A stretch of DNA of 64,000 nucleotides from Tubiluchus corallicola (GCA_030141605.1 JAQGDQ010000040.1:310001-374000); one strand, 5' to 3'. Shown: positions 40,661 through 53,551, numbered from the stretch's first letter. Translations and numbers: made by a program. Notes: generated from the letters alone by a model not told the origin.

Positions 40661-41516
40661 TGAGCATTTTTAGCACCGCCCGACGGGCACAGATTTGTAA
40701 CCGCTGTGCTGCCTCTCCTCTACATGTTGAGCTGTCCGATGAAGCCCTTATCAACTGAATTTTCCGAAGTTCATAACCAATGAGCAAATATAATATAGTA
40801 ATTATGCACATTGGAGCAAAGAAAAAGAGGAAAGTGGAAATTTCAAAAATGCGCGGTGAGATGTCTTGATGAACCGTGCACAGCGCACTCTCGGGTATAG
40901 ACTCATTTGTCAATGGGTTTATCTGATATACCACCCCATAGTTAAATATGATGGGAAGACTCATCAGACCAGCTGCTAGCCAGACCCCCACAATAATCTT
41001 GACCACTCGAGAGAGCTTTGACATAGTGTGATTTCGCAAGGGGTGACATATCGCCAAGTAACGCTCAATGGTAAAAGCTGTGATTGTCATTATTGAAGCG
41101 TTTAAAGTAGTTTCTGCAGCCATGCCTCGCACTGTGCAAAAGACTTCGGAGAACAGGTATGGATATTCCTGCCAATATTGCACCACTTCTTGTGGTAAGC
41201 CGAATACCAGCAATAATACATCAGATATAGCTAGACTGAAGAGGTAATAATTTGTGGCCGTGTGCATGTACTTGTTCCGTGCGATTACTATGCAAGTAGA
41301 CACGTTGCCAAAAACACCGCTAATTAATATAAGTATGAGCAAGATGGTGACTGGGACCACTATTGTCATGGGACCTCGCTGGGGTCCCAACTTATCAGCC
41401 AAGTAGAGGTAAATGTCACCTTCCCTCAAAAGATCTTCAGACGAGTCATAGACTTCCAGGTGGTCTAGAAGTGAACCAGTTTGTCCAGTAGAAGTGTCGT
41501 TGATATCTATGCCCAT
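40661..41516 (-). CDS. Pyrokinin/CAPA/neuromedin-U receptor-like GPCR, coding exon 1 (TM1-TM5, ICL3)
   Basis: LGPQR, GNVSTCIVIARNKYMHTATNYYLFSLAISD, FTIERYLAICHP, STFLFFFAPM, RRAVLKML; donor A|GTAAGT at 40660. Confidence 0.95.
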
Positions 41517-44500
41517 CACTGGCTTGAAAATCCAGCTATGAAGATGGTAGGTGATGATAAAAAAAATTAGACACTAGGCGTAAACTTACGAGGCTGTCTA
41601 TGAATTGTAGTAAATTGAAACTTTGTGTTCATACTTTGCCGCGAATTTACGAAAAGCTTAGAAATAAAAACCATGACACATGGTAAAAATTGTAGGTCCA
41701 TTTAATTACTTTGCACCAAAAAATAAAATCAATTAATCCAAATTACATTGCTATTACAATACAAAACTCTAATCGGCAAAACTTTTCTTGTGCAGGCTTT
41801 TCTAAAATTTGAAAATGTGAGTAATATATCACATTTCTTAAAGTTGCAGAGTTGTAAACATGTAGAAAGAACAATATTGTGTTTACTATACGTCACCACT
41901 AGATTAATAAAGTTTTCGCACATCAACACATTAAATTGTTACTAAAATCGAATCACAACAAGCAGCTAAATGCGTTGACGCAGTTGTCGGTCGTAAGACT
42001 ACTCTAAGCTAAACAATCAATATCGTTTCTTAATCCGCATGCGCCTATTCAATGCACATACTATGAATAAAAGCACCAACAAGTCAATAATTATAAACGA
42101 TTTATTTCATATTAAAAATAGCTTATACACCATGGATAAAACCAACTACTCGTCAAAAATTAAATTAGCTTACTTTTCTATGAATATGATTTGATAGACG
42201 CTTCTGTATGAAAGGCACGGTGATCGAGAGTTACACTTATAATGACGAAATTTTTTTAATCATATACACCTGATCGGGTTGACTTAGCTTTTATTGTTAC
42301 CTGGCCGTGCACTGAGGTAAGAAAGGCAGAGGTGGAAGACAGGCTAACCACCTATTCTTGTGTGCCGAAACTATGGAAATAGGTACCGTTAGTATGTATC
42401 TCAAAGCCGTCTGGCATAAGCCATTTTTGTTCTTCCTTCGTAGAAGCTCAATTATGTAAAATATAATTAAGTACTCCAAAAATTATTATTCATTTATTAG
42501 ACTGAGTTGTGACATTGTTTTGATATTCCATTATCTTGACCTGTTGATAATTAGACTATGTGACTTTGCTGGTTTACTGAGGTACGATGTAACTGTTTAA
42601 AACCTCACGAAAACATTATCCTATATGTTGCAAAACTGCGGCCATGTTATTGGAGTTCTGATTTCAATGCAGTATATTACATCTGTCATTTCAGTTTAGT
42701 TTAAATTATGACAGGGGCTTGGAGATACTTTTCAGCATAACAACCGATAGACATACATGAACAAGCGTATTTTATTTTACCGAAAAAAGTTATTACTAAA
42801 GAAATAGATGAAATAGGTCTTGAATATGCTGTAAGCCTACCCATACACGTGATGCCAGTTAGAGCATAATTAGAGAAAGCCCATAAGCCTCTGGGATAAT
42901 ATGCATTTCAATGAAACGACCTTCATAGTCCTATTTGTACACTTAATGTGAAGGAATACGGTGAAATTTGGAAACTCTTCCAATTTCTAGGTTGAATTGT
43001 GATTGAAGAAAGTGTAAAGTCAATTATCAATAGCGTTTCTGTTGACAACGTTATTGCCAATAGGGTAGGGATAGTGCTAATAGGGTTGCTGGTGTTTGGT
43101 GTATGGCAGACACAGGAAAGACAAAGCAGGTTCCCAATAAATAGAAATGCTGCCTGCGGGTTGGTCCTACTCTGGGGACTTGAAGTCTAGATGGGAATTT
43201 TTGGTGTTGGAGAAATCTGGTTTTAGTTGTTGATCAGTCATATGGTACTCAGCATTATATTGAGGAACAGGGGATGGCAATCCAAATGCAATAAATGCAA
43301 TTTTCTCAGCTTAGTCGACGTAATTGTAATTATAGCCTGCCTCTTCAGTGCCGAATGTTCTACGTCTTGATGAAAAAGCAGACTGATGAATATCGAATCA
43401 GTGCTCAACAAGTATTGGCCACCGGGGAATGTGCGCTCTAATGAGCAATGTCACGTTGAATCGATACACTTGTATTCGATTCTCGTTGCTCAATCATGCA
43501 TGGATTGGAAACCTGTAGATAGTAGTTACGAGTTTGTTAACTACCAGCAGACCTGGACTAGCTCCTCATTTCAAATGCGTCGAAAGTAAAAATCAAAATA
43601 TAGAAAGTAATGAGTCGCCATGTATTGTAAATAGGTTACTAATTAACATGTTTGTTGAGCGTAGACGATTGTTTCGACTATTACAGTCATTACAATATAA
43701 TACTATTCAAACCCATATAATTCGCTTTTTATTTTTCCCGCCAAAAACTTAATGGGACAAGTGGCCAACTGCTGGCAGACTCAACTGGTTATTGCAGAGA
43801 CTTATTTGTAATTGGTCGATAATGCAATTTTTATATGGGAAATTTAATGTCATGCTTCATAAAACATAAACAGTGTGCTCTCTCTAGCCGAATGAAGTAA
43901 GTGATTTTTGTAAATCTAAGTTTATTAATTTGATAGCAATTTTCTGTGTAATTTTTTTTTGTTCAAATTTCTGTAGTTTTGTTCAAAATACATTACTGCA
44001 AATTTTATGTATTTTTTTGTTTTTTCTTCTTCTTTAGAAAATATTGACTGCAGAAACACCTTATGCAAAGAACTTTCGTGTTTGCTGTGTTAACACTATA
44101 AATCAAGATAAAAGAAGGAATAATTAGTACATTGATACTAAAATACAAAGGCACAAAACGTCATTACAAATCTATAGATTAGAATATTCCACATGTTGAT
44201 TCCTAGAGGCAGGTTCTTTCATGCATTTAATGTTACTAAATATTATTTTAAATATTACTGATGTACTGTTCGATTGTGTTATGTTAATGTACTTTTTGTA
44301 CGAATAAATATTAAATAAACAAAATACAATCAAGATCGCAAATATTTTCTTTTTATCTTAAAATTATCAATGATGATGTAGAAAATGAATGTCCTACCAT
44401 CTAAACAAAAATGACGGGCCACTACACTTAGCCGAAAAGGTACAATTCCTTGCTTGACATAACAGTTTCATCCTCAAACATTAGTGATATTAAATTTATC

Positions 44501-44584
44501 TTAATGTTTCAGGGGTGTTAAAATAGCTCTAACCATGTGGATTGGCGATCTGAATAAAAGCATTGCGAACTTGTACACTATACA

Positions 44585-45003
44585 CAGGGGCATATCAAGA
44601 CTGTACGACGCCCTAGGCTGATAGTTCCGTCCCGCCAATCTCTATCGTGAATTTATGGTTGCTTATGTAATGAGCTTATTAATCAATTACTTGTGGCGTA
44701 TTAGCAACACTATTAATCTAGTTTCTTCGTGGTTATTATAATTATATGTATTTGCATAGCGCTTATATGCAATTAAGTTGCGCAACTGCTTGTAGTGTAA
44801 CACCTTGCACCTATTCGTTATGTGGCACTTGGAAGTTGCGCTCAGTTGCTGCCTGTGGTGTGTCACAAAATGCGTCCTTTACATGAATGTGAACGTATAC
44901 ACATTTTCCGAGGAGAATAAGATTTTTTCTAAACTGCTAACGCTCCTCAAACTTTGGCGCCCTAGGCTATAGCCTAGTTAGCCTATTGGTTAATACGCCC
45001 CTG
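44585..45003. mobile_element. hAT-type MITE (419 bp)
   Basis: TIRs caggggcatat / atacgcccctg with a perfect 8-bp TSD actataca (44577-44584, 45004-45011). Confidence 0.88.
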
Positions 45004-45489
45004 ACTATACAGTTCATTCAATTCACGCATTACTGAAAGCGACAATGTACTTGCTTTTTACGTAATTTACTGCACACCTTATTTTTCCCTTGATCTATTG
45101 TGTTATTGTTATTAAGCCAGAATTGATGTTGCTGCTGCCTTTTTGCAAAATTTTCCCCTTCCTGCTTTTTCGCTATGTATTATAATATCATTATTATCAA
45201 CATCATGATCTTTGAAGTTGCCTTGATTTGTTTTATACAAACAAAGTGTAGCGAATGTAATCCTAACTCTGAAGTCTGTAAACAAAACGGGCATATAGTA
45301 ATAAACAGGAAGAAAAAGGCTCAGCAACTGCATTACAAGGAAACTATATTAAGCCTGTACAGATTCCCTGACATTGGCTATGAGAGAGACAAGCAGAATG
45401 ATGCCAGCTGTTCAACAGGCATTTATGACGCGATGACGGCGATAATGAGGATAATGATGATAACGATGATGATGACGATGATGATGATG

Positions 45490-45875
45490 AGCCGTCCTCA
45501 GCATGGGCCAAGTGCAAGCAAATGCGTATGTGCAGTAAGATGGCAAACTCGTCTGAGAAGCATATGTTGTCATATGGCATACATTGTTCGAAGCATATGA
45601 AATAGCGAGACAGTGTAATAGTGACTTAGCAAAATGTTCGAGAAACTTACCAGCGGTCAATGAGAAGGCGTACTGTGCACAGCAACGCAACTTACTAAAG
45701 GAGAAAGTTTTGGACAGTAGCTCTACCAAATGTATGGTTTACAAGGAATTTAACCCAAAAATACCAGAGAATACTATAGAAAAATACCGCATATCTCGAC
45801 TAAGGCTACAAGCACATCACTTTAGAATTGAGACCGGTAGATGGGACAGCGAAGATAGAAACCAAAGACTATGCA
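45490..45875 (+). mobile_element. Degraded non-LTR retrotransposon ORF2 C-terminal fragment
   Basis: ISRLRLQAHHFRIETGRW...RLC resembles the post-RT region (R.R.S.H.L.IE.GR...R.C) of LINEs; ends in a (GAT)n tract. Confidence 0.65.
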
Positions 45876-45876
45876 C

Positions 45877-45907
<31 letters not shown>

Positions 45908-45966
45908 CGATGACGATGATGATGATAATGATGATGACGATGACAATAACAGTTGCTCTTACAGTA

Positions 45967-46098
45967 AATTTCCGAGTTTCCGGGTTCTGGAGCACCTTGA
46001 GGAGCAGTAAGGTTTTTAGTAGTGCCCACAGCCGCAATAAATTACACAGCCCATGTGGGTTTGGGGCCTGATTTTAATTATTTTTTACCTTAATAACC
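45967..46098 (+). repeat. ~135-bp repeat, left arm of the inverted pair flanking the NAT16-like gene
   Basis: gcaccttgaggagca..gtaaggttttt..gtgcccac..gccgcaa..aattacac..cccatgtggg matches the reverse complement of 50091-50225. Confidence 0.88.
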
Positions 46099-46336
46099 TT
46101 AATAATCATAGCTATTTATGAGAAAATTTGTTTATTTGTTAATTAATTTATTTATTTTATTTATTTAGTTGTTAATATTTAGTTTAGTGCACATAATCAC
46201 CCTAAGACTGCTTGTGTCACTGACAGAGTGATCAACTAAATACAAGTGATTATCCTTTTTGCCTGATTTACTTATTGAGTAAATTTACCGCTTGACTTAG
46301 CAGGAGAAAACTTACCAAATTAATGGCAAAAATAAA

Positions 46337-46960
46337 CTAAATTTCTATAGGGAGAGGTTTGAAATTTCTCAAGAATTCAAGAGACATGGAGCCAATAACC
46401 ACGTGCAGATCTGTAAAACTAGTGAATTGTTCCTTGAAAGCAACACCGAGAGCGTCTTCTAGATGTTTTAGAATGTGAACCCTTTCTGGTGAGCATGCTG
46501 TGAAACTTGGATCTACGTCAATTACGAAACCCCTAATAATTGTTTCATTGTCTTGACTCCTTAAGGCAAGCAGAACTTGTTTAAGAACATGCTGCACAAC
46601 CTTTCTGTGGTCCTTTGAATAAACGTTGATTCTCATCACTACCTGGCTTGAATACAATTGCCTGAAAATTACACCAAAGCTAACCGACTTGTACTGGTTA
46701 TTTTCTAGCCCGACCATAATGGTAGGATTTTCATTTTCCATGATCATATCAAAGTTTTCTGGTACGACTTTATATGGTATCATATCGATTAAAACCCTGT
46801 CCAGTTCGTAGAGGCGGCTAGCAATGACGTTTGATGACAATAGTTCGCGTTTCTCGCTGACATCTGTTACGGGTCTTATATCAGACACAGAATCCTTTAT
46901 CTCTTTGATGTAGCTAGTAGTCAACCTTGTTTTGTCTACCTCATTACATAGTAGAGATGC
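46337..46960 (-). CDS. NAT16/histidine N-acetyltransferase-like GNAT protein, exon 3
   Basis: Acceptor ttgatttag at 46961, phase 0, open to stop at 46337; spliced protein 344 aa. Confidence 0.8.
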   Translation of the reverse strand, partial: ASLLCNEVDKTRLTTSYIKEIKDSVSDIRPVTDVSEKRELLSSNVIASRLYELDRVLIDMIPYKVVPENFDMIMENENPTIMVGLENNQYKSVSFGVIFRQLYSSQVVMRINVYSKDHRKVVQHVLKQVLLALRSQDNETIIRGFVIDVDPSFTACSPERVHILKHLEDALGVAFKEQFTSFTDLHVVIGSMSLEFLRNFKPLPIEI

Positions 46961-47188
46961 CTAAATCAATCAAAGATAAATACGTTATTTATGAAGGGAA
47001 TGAAGACTGACAGAGAAGGAAACAGAGAGACAGGCAGACAGACCACCAATCGACAGACATACAGATAGACTGACCAACCGACAGACCAACAGACAGACAG
47101 ACAGGGAGAATATTTCACGCAATTAGTTACTTTGGCTATCAATTAAATCACTTAATGGTATTACTGTTGTATTAATATCCATACTTAC

Positions 47189-47422
47189 CCTACAACCAAG
47201 CCAAGTGATATCATAGTTTGGGTGTGGTTTGAACGTAGGTCCACTACACCCGTTAAGGAATATGTAATCAGTCACTCCTATATTCCACGGCTGGACTTCA
47301 TTGATGATAAACACTCCTAGATTTGTCATGATGCCGCGTCGCTGAAGGTCGGGTTTTGTCCGATGAAAGCGTGACATTGCAGTCTTGCCACCATCCATTA
47401 TAGTCAGCATGCGAAAGCTTAT
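47189..47422 (-). CDS. NAT16-like GNAT protein, exon 2
   Basis: ISFRMLTIMDGGKTAMSRFHRTKPDLQRRGIM (GNAT acetyl-CoA motif QRRG); acceptor ttacacag, donor AGG|GTAAGT. Confidence 0.85.
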
Positions 47423-48016
47423 CTGTGTAAAGGATTGAAATAAAGCTATACGAATGCGCTGTAGTTAGCACTGATATAAATTATTTTTATATAAACACAC
47501 TTTTGATATAACAGTGCAAACTGCGATGTACAGATCTTACTCGCAGATTGCAAAACTTTATTACATTACAGTTACTCTTTATTGCAATGTTGCTTTGCGG
47601 TAGCAATACTCACTCACATTTTTGCTCCTGTTATCTGGCAATTAGGTGTTTAATTGTTGAGCTTAATTATACAACATGCAAGCAATTTAACGTGTAAAAT
47701 TTAACAAAAGCACTGTTTGTGTTTTAGCTAATATAGTGTCATATTTGTCTGAGCCCTATCCTAATGCTATATGTAAAATTCCTGTTAAATTACTTGTACT
47801 GTAGAGATTAGTTTTTACTTGAATGTGACTCAAAACATTATGCTTAATTCTACCTTTTGACTGGTTGAATTGCAAAAGTTCAGAATTGCTTGGCTGCATT
47901 CACATACTCCAGGAAATTTGACTAGGCATTCTGGGTTTGGTCTGGCAAGATGGACTGACGTCTCCCCTCATCTTACCAATTTCTGTAGTTGTTTACTTTT
48001 ATATACTTTCAGGTAT

Positions 48017-48507
48017 TTTGTTGTTGGCATCCTTTTGTCTCGGAAGACAATGGAATGTGCACCAAGAGAGTCCGATCCTTGAACGTCTCTTAGGCGCACG
48101 CCTGGGCAAGGTGTATGGAGATCCTGACTTGCCCAGACAACAGGAACCCCCTCTCTTCCTCCCCGGTATAGTCCAAAGGAAAGCGGAGCGATACGTTTGG
48201 CACCAGGAGCTTCCGGAGTCAGTGAGTATGCTGCACTGGTCCGCCTTCGGGGCTTCACTCCTGATTTGGAAGGTTTACTCCTCTACACATGGCCGGTGGG
48301 TCACTTGAAATCCTCCGCCCTCTAGCCGTTGGCTGCTTCTACAGCTCCTCCGCCTAGTGTCGAGATACAGTGTGGGCATCCCGCAAGCCTACAGCACCTG
48401 GTATTCTTAGGCGGTCACCCATCCAAGCACTAACCAGGCTCTACGTTGCTTAACTTCGGTGATCAGACGAGAACCGGTGTTTTCAACGTGATATGGCCGT
48501 AGTCGGG
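48017..48507 (-). mobile_element. 5S rRNA-derived SINE (SINE3-type), 491 bp, with 17-bp TSD
   Basis: 5S head, ~370-bp GC-rich body, CAACAACAAAA tail; TSD tatatactttcaggtat at 48000-48016 and 48508-48524. Confidence 0.9.
48385..48504 (-). rRNA. 5S rRNA-derived sequence (120 nt; head of the SINE, probably not a functional 5S gene)
   Basis: gactacggccatatcacgttgaaaacaccggttctcgtctgatcaccgaagttaagc...ggatgggtgaccgcctaagaataccaggtgctgtaggctt; no T-run terminator follows. Confidence 0.85.
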
Positions 48508-49014
48508 TATATACTTTCAGGTATACACGTCTTAGAATTATGTGGTGATTGCTGCAACTTTCTAATAACCTGACAGATTTGATGTTGTTGACCTGGTACT
48601 GATATGGTTTACCGAATGACATACATAGACTCTTGCAAAGCTGTAAATATTTGCTGCACTTCGACTTGTTCAAGTGATTGCCTAGAGAAAGCTAAGTGAC
48701 CTGTTAGTCAAACAAGCACAAAGATCCAGGCAACCTACTCGTCAGTCATGTGGTTGAGAAGACGTAGTGGTCGTTGCAGCGAGTTGGCTGGTTTAGTTTG
48801 GTGTGAACGTGGTAGGGAACCGGAAAAGTCCCACGTTGACTGATATAGGACGCATCGGACGCATCGGACGCATCGGACGCATCACCATGCATGGATCAGG
48901 ATGTGGTGATGGTCCGTGGTAGAGGCGCCCACAGCTTATTCAAGTTGAGTATTAGACCGGTCTCTAATTCATTCTTATGTAATTGAACTGTATCACTTGT
49001 TCTGTACAATACGC

Positions 49015-49233
<219 letters not shown>

Positions 49234-49903
49234 GCAAGTAACATATCGTTTTTCTTATTTTTGTTTTTTTGGTTGTTGGTTCTTTAAAATACTTACAAAG
49301 ATAAATTACTAGAAACATTATGAAATCATAACACGTTTAAAGGTTGTCACATATCGAACTCTTTGCTTAGGTCAAAAATTATTGAAGGGATGCTCGACAG
49401 GTGTGAACTATGCATTATTTTTTTACTGAGATTTATAGAGATTAATCTGACATTTTCCAAATAATATTCACACGGTCACACAAACCCCACTTTTGAATTC
49501 TAGGTAGATGGGACGTTATGGCAACATGTCGCATGGTGCATTCAGTCTCACGTACAAAGCGATGTGTTTTGTATACACACTTCAAAAGGGAGCCTGGCAC
49601 TTATTACTGCTACAGCCAATTGTATGAAATATTCCACATATTGGAAGAGAGCGAGAGAGACAGGAAGAGAAAGTGCTATGTAATTTTTGTCGCATAATTC
49701 CTGGGTAGATAGGAACAGCGAACAAGGAAGAGAAGCAAAGGCAGAAAAGGACAGACAATTACAACAAAGAAGGGAGAGTCAAAAACGAAGAGGCAGAGTG
49801 AAGGGAGAAGGGTTCTGGTAATCGCAAGGAAATTGTGCAGTTATAATAACACTGTTTTTAGTTTATTAATGCGTTTGATTAGCAGGTAATTTGATTTTCT
49901 TAC

Positions 49904-50080
49904 CACTTCTCCGTTTAGTTCAGCTACGCATGCGTGATTATAAGGTCGAGATATCAGAAATCGAAAAGTTTGTTCTGAAGCCAACGGGTCCCAACCTTCA
50001 TACACGTTTGGATCTATGCGATGAACCGCCTGGTAATCATCTGGTGCAGCTTTCCTAAAATCACAAACAGCTTTTGTCAT
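49904..50080 (-). CDS. NAT16-like GNAT protein, exon 1
   Basis: MTKAVCDFRKAAPDDYQAVHRIDPNVYEGWDPL...VAELNGEV resembles the NAT16/HISAT N-terminus (F..A...D...V..I....Y.G.DYL); donor GTG|GTAAGA. Confidence 0.85.
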
Positions 50081-50090
50081 AAATAGAATC

Positions 50091-50225
50091 GATTATTAAG
50101 ATTAAAAAATTCTTAAAATGAGGACCCAGACCCACATGGGACGTGTAATTTGTTGCGGCCGTGGGCACCACCAAAAACCTTACTCTGCTCCTCAAGGTGC
50201 TTTAAAACCCGAAAACTCAGAAATT
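50091..50225 (-). repeat. ~135-bp repeat, right arm of the inverted pair flanking the NAT16-like gene
   Basis: Reverse complement of 45967-46098. Confidence 0.88.
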
Positions 50226-50739
50226 GGTAGACTTGTTTAGAGAGAAACGGCCTTTTGTTTCTATCACTACCTAATACGAGTTGGCATGAATATAAGTTGG
50301 TAATTTGCGTGATACTTAAGCAAGATTTTGTATTTTGGGATTTAAAGTCACAGTTTTTTAATTAAGAGTCTTTATGTTCACCATGTTATACAACTGTACA
50401 ATATTCCCCCTTTCCATTACTCTTTCTTGAAAATTGTATAAGAATAAATGAATATTACCACTTACCGAAAGGTAATCATTCTAGGTTATTTAACAATTTA
50501 TGCAGTATACGTGCAGACAAAAACTGTGATACACAGCATCTAGCCACTGATTATTAGAACTTTGACCGCACAAGTTTACGTCAACAGGTTATCGCACTGT
50601 TTACAGAAGTGGCTACGGTCCCGTGTATACACAAACTTTATTTAATTTAAGCGGGTTTACAAAACAGTACATAAATAAGTGATATTACTATTTTCACTAT
50701 GGGCAGTGTACGTGAAGTGAAAAGCCAATAGCCCGATTT

Positions 50740-51470
50740 ATCATTTAGTTCGTAAGAAAATTTTCCTACACGCGCATGTCCCATATTTTGTGATGTGCAA
50801 GGCCACGACCATGCCTAGCAACATAGCAAGTATTGTGGCCCTAGCTAAAAAACTATGAGAGCAAATGGACCCTAAAGAAAAATAAATGAAGACCCGACCG
50901 CTCCGTGACCTTTGACCCGGCAACTCGGGTCACGTGTATACGTATATAACTTTGGCCAGAGAGTGTACCCTGTAAGTTTCGTGTCCCTATAGCACTCAGC
51001 GTGTAAAAGGTCACAAATTGGGGGACCCCAAATTCTGCATTTTGGCCCCTCACTCGGGCGTTTAAAGCTTGTCAGCTTTTTAAAACCCCAGGTGCACACC
51101 TGCCCCACAGCACCCAAATACTTGTGAAAAAAATTTAGAAAATAACGAAAGCCCTAGGAGGAGTTGAATCATAAAGGAAAAACTGACCAACGCCCACTGT
51201 CCTTCCCTCCTTGACCAGTGGTCAGCGGTTACTATACAGTTGTACGTCCCCCGCCCAGGGCTACCAACCGTGTGAGTTTGGCGACAATAGCTTGCAAGCC
51301 TTACGAGATATTAAGCGTTAAAGTGGTGATGAATAAATAAATAAATAAATAACTGTACGAGAAACAGTAAGATTTTGCTATGTCAAAATCTTAATAAATA
51401 AATCTTAATAAATAAATAAATAACTCAATGAAAAACTGCTAGATTTTGCTATGGCAAAACCTTAATAACA
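50740..51470 (-). mobile_element. HINE/DINE-1-like element, copy 2 (same family as 23240-23670)
   Basis: Shared ccctaggaggagtt.aatcataa, gcttgcaagcc, (AAAT)n and terminal palindrome agattttgctatggcaaaacct; gtgacctttgacc motif. Confidence 0.55.
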
Positions 51471-51729
51471 CGATAACGGACATGTAAAGGGGAATGAAGT
51501 CAATGCATACATATACTTATGTAAAAGACTTGATGAAAGAAATGTTGCTAAAAAAAATCCGAAAATTGAATTAAAAATGACCCGAGTCACATGAGAGTGA
51601 GACGCTGAAAAAGGAAAACAGGTAGTGAGAAACAGAGTGGACTTAACTGGAAAAAGAAACATAATATTGTAGTGATACGTGTGTCTGGAAATTAAATACA
51701 CAGCAAATAAAACGTTATAACAGGAGTAT

Positions 51730-51982
51730 GAGTGTAGGTAAAATGGCACGGGTAAAAATGGTACTGGAAAATGGCACGGTAAAAATGTTACAGTAAAAAT
51801 GGCACACACAGGTAAAATGGCAAGGTAAAAATGGAACAGGAACACTTGGCGCAAATGGAAAAGTAGAAAGTTATATTATAGGAAGATTTGCATCAAAATA
51901 ACGTATCTGCTATCTTTCTTATTTTTCCATTTATGCCATATTTCTGTGCCATTTTTACCTGTGCTATTTCTACCGGACACTC
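51730..51982. mobile_element. TIR element with subterminal (AAAATGGCAC) repeats, short copy 2
   Basis: gagtgtaggtaaaatggcac... / ...gtgctatttctaccggacactc inverted termini. Confidence 0.7.
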
Positions 51983-52421
51983 AACAGGATAAAATATTAT
52001 TAGCCTTTATAATACTCTTTTTCGATTTTGCAATCTATCAATTCATTTCAGAATATTGCTATTGACTACATGTACATTCGAAATACAAAATTCGACTGTT
52101 ACATGCAGTCACAATCAGTAGCGTCACAAAAAGAACATTTTAATGTTTAGAGAAATTTGTATTAACCCGAATTAGATAACAGTTGTTATAACTTTGACCT
52201 AAGAAAAACTAATAACAATTGAAACAATGACTTCGAATGCAATGATTTTGTGAATTTCTTCAATACAGGAATTATGGCTATGCAAAAGTAAAACGTAAAT
52301 TATACGTGCTAAGTAAAATCAAAATTAGTTACTAACAGGTTTGTAATATTAAAATTATTACTTTTTAAGCTAAAGTTTACAATTCCCTGTACACAAGAAA
52401 TTAGTTCATGAAGTGGATTAG

Positions 52422-52515
52422 TGTTAGAGTTGGGGTTAGGGTTTAGTCAGGGTTAGGATTAGGATTAGGGTCAGGGTTAGGGTTAGGGTAGTATTAGGGC
52501 CAGGGTTAGGGCTAG
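52422..52515 (+). repeat. Degenerate (TTAGGG)n interstitial tract
   Basis: gggttagggtttagtcagggttaggattaggattagggtcagggttagggttaggg... Confidence 0.8.
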
Positions 52516-52728
52516 TGTATTTAAACTGAATGAGGAATGGTAAACTCCTTTCCTTTTTTTCTCTATTTTATAAGTTTATATATATTGTAATTTTCTATGA
52601 ATTTTTTTAGTTTGTAAAAATGTCATGTTAAAATTTAGAATTACTTTTTAAAATAGTAGACATGTTAAATTTTATTCGCATTAATTTTTGCTTTGCCATC
52701 TTTTTCAGCGCTGTACAAGCTATTTCAG

Positions 52729-52940
52729 ATGTGCACAATGTGGCCACCATTTCTTATTCTCTTGTGTTTTAATAATTTCCAAAAGACAATTTGTGGCAGA
52801 TCGTCATTACACCTACGAGAAAATGGATACCGAGAAATGTTGACAGCTATTCACGAAGATGTGCCTGAGAATAAAACACTCCTCGAGAGAATTAAGGAAG
52901 TGTTCACAGAGGCCTCTGCGTACCTATACTATGTCACAAA
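52729..52940 (+). CDS. CLCA: CLCA-like (calcium-activated chloride channel regulator) exon 1, with signal peptide
   Basis: MWPPFLILLCF...LRENGYREMLTAIHEDVPE...IKEVFTEASAYLY matches the CLCA N-terminus; donor AA|GTAAG. Confidence 0.88.
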
Positions 52941-53424
52941 GTAAGCTCATCGTTAAACCAAACACCTACTTCAATGGCACAGATGCAAAAGACATCAAAA
53001 TTTACATTAAAAAATTCACTTTATTTTTTACTTTTTCCTTTACTTTAAGCCCTTCAACCCTTAGAAATTATAGAAAATAAATTACTATTTTGTGTCTAAG
53101 TGGTGATGTCTTCTGTACAAATTGTGTACATTGTGATTTTGATGCGTAACCTTAATATACGCAGTTAAAAAACATTGCAAGAGAAAAACCACAAACAGCA
53201 CAAAATGCCACTAATAGCACAGCAGCAATAAACATAATACATTAAGAAAGTATCAACAATTTTGTGATTTTTCTCTTCTGTTGTTTTTGTGCTTAAATGG
53301 TTTTTATTATAAAACTTTGAATATTGGGTTTAATACTCAATTTTCTTGCATTTTCCTTTTGTTCATCTGAAATAGTTCACGGGCTTGACTCAAGCGTCGT
53401 GCTTTATTGTTTTATTATAATAAT

Positions 53425-53551
<127 letters not shown>

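Noticed and set aside
43000-43590. Possible LINE endonuclease relic or small ORFs
   Set aside because: Only a faint RD..R..GV resemblance with stops; too weak to call
47870-48308. ORFs of 70-123 aa overlapping the SINE body
   Set aside because: No recognisable motifs; GC-rich repeat sequence gives chance ORFs
48385-48504. Functional standalone 5S rRNA gene
   Set aside because: No oligo-T terminator, mismatches in the terminal stem and C-box region, and it is embedded in a TSD-flanked 491-bp unit
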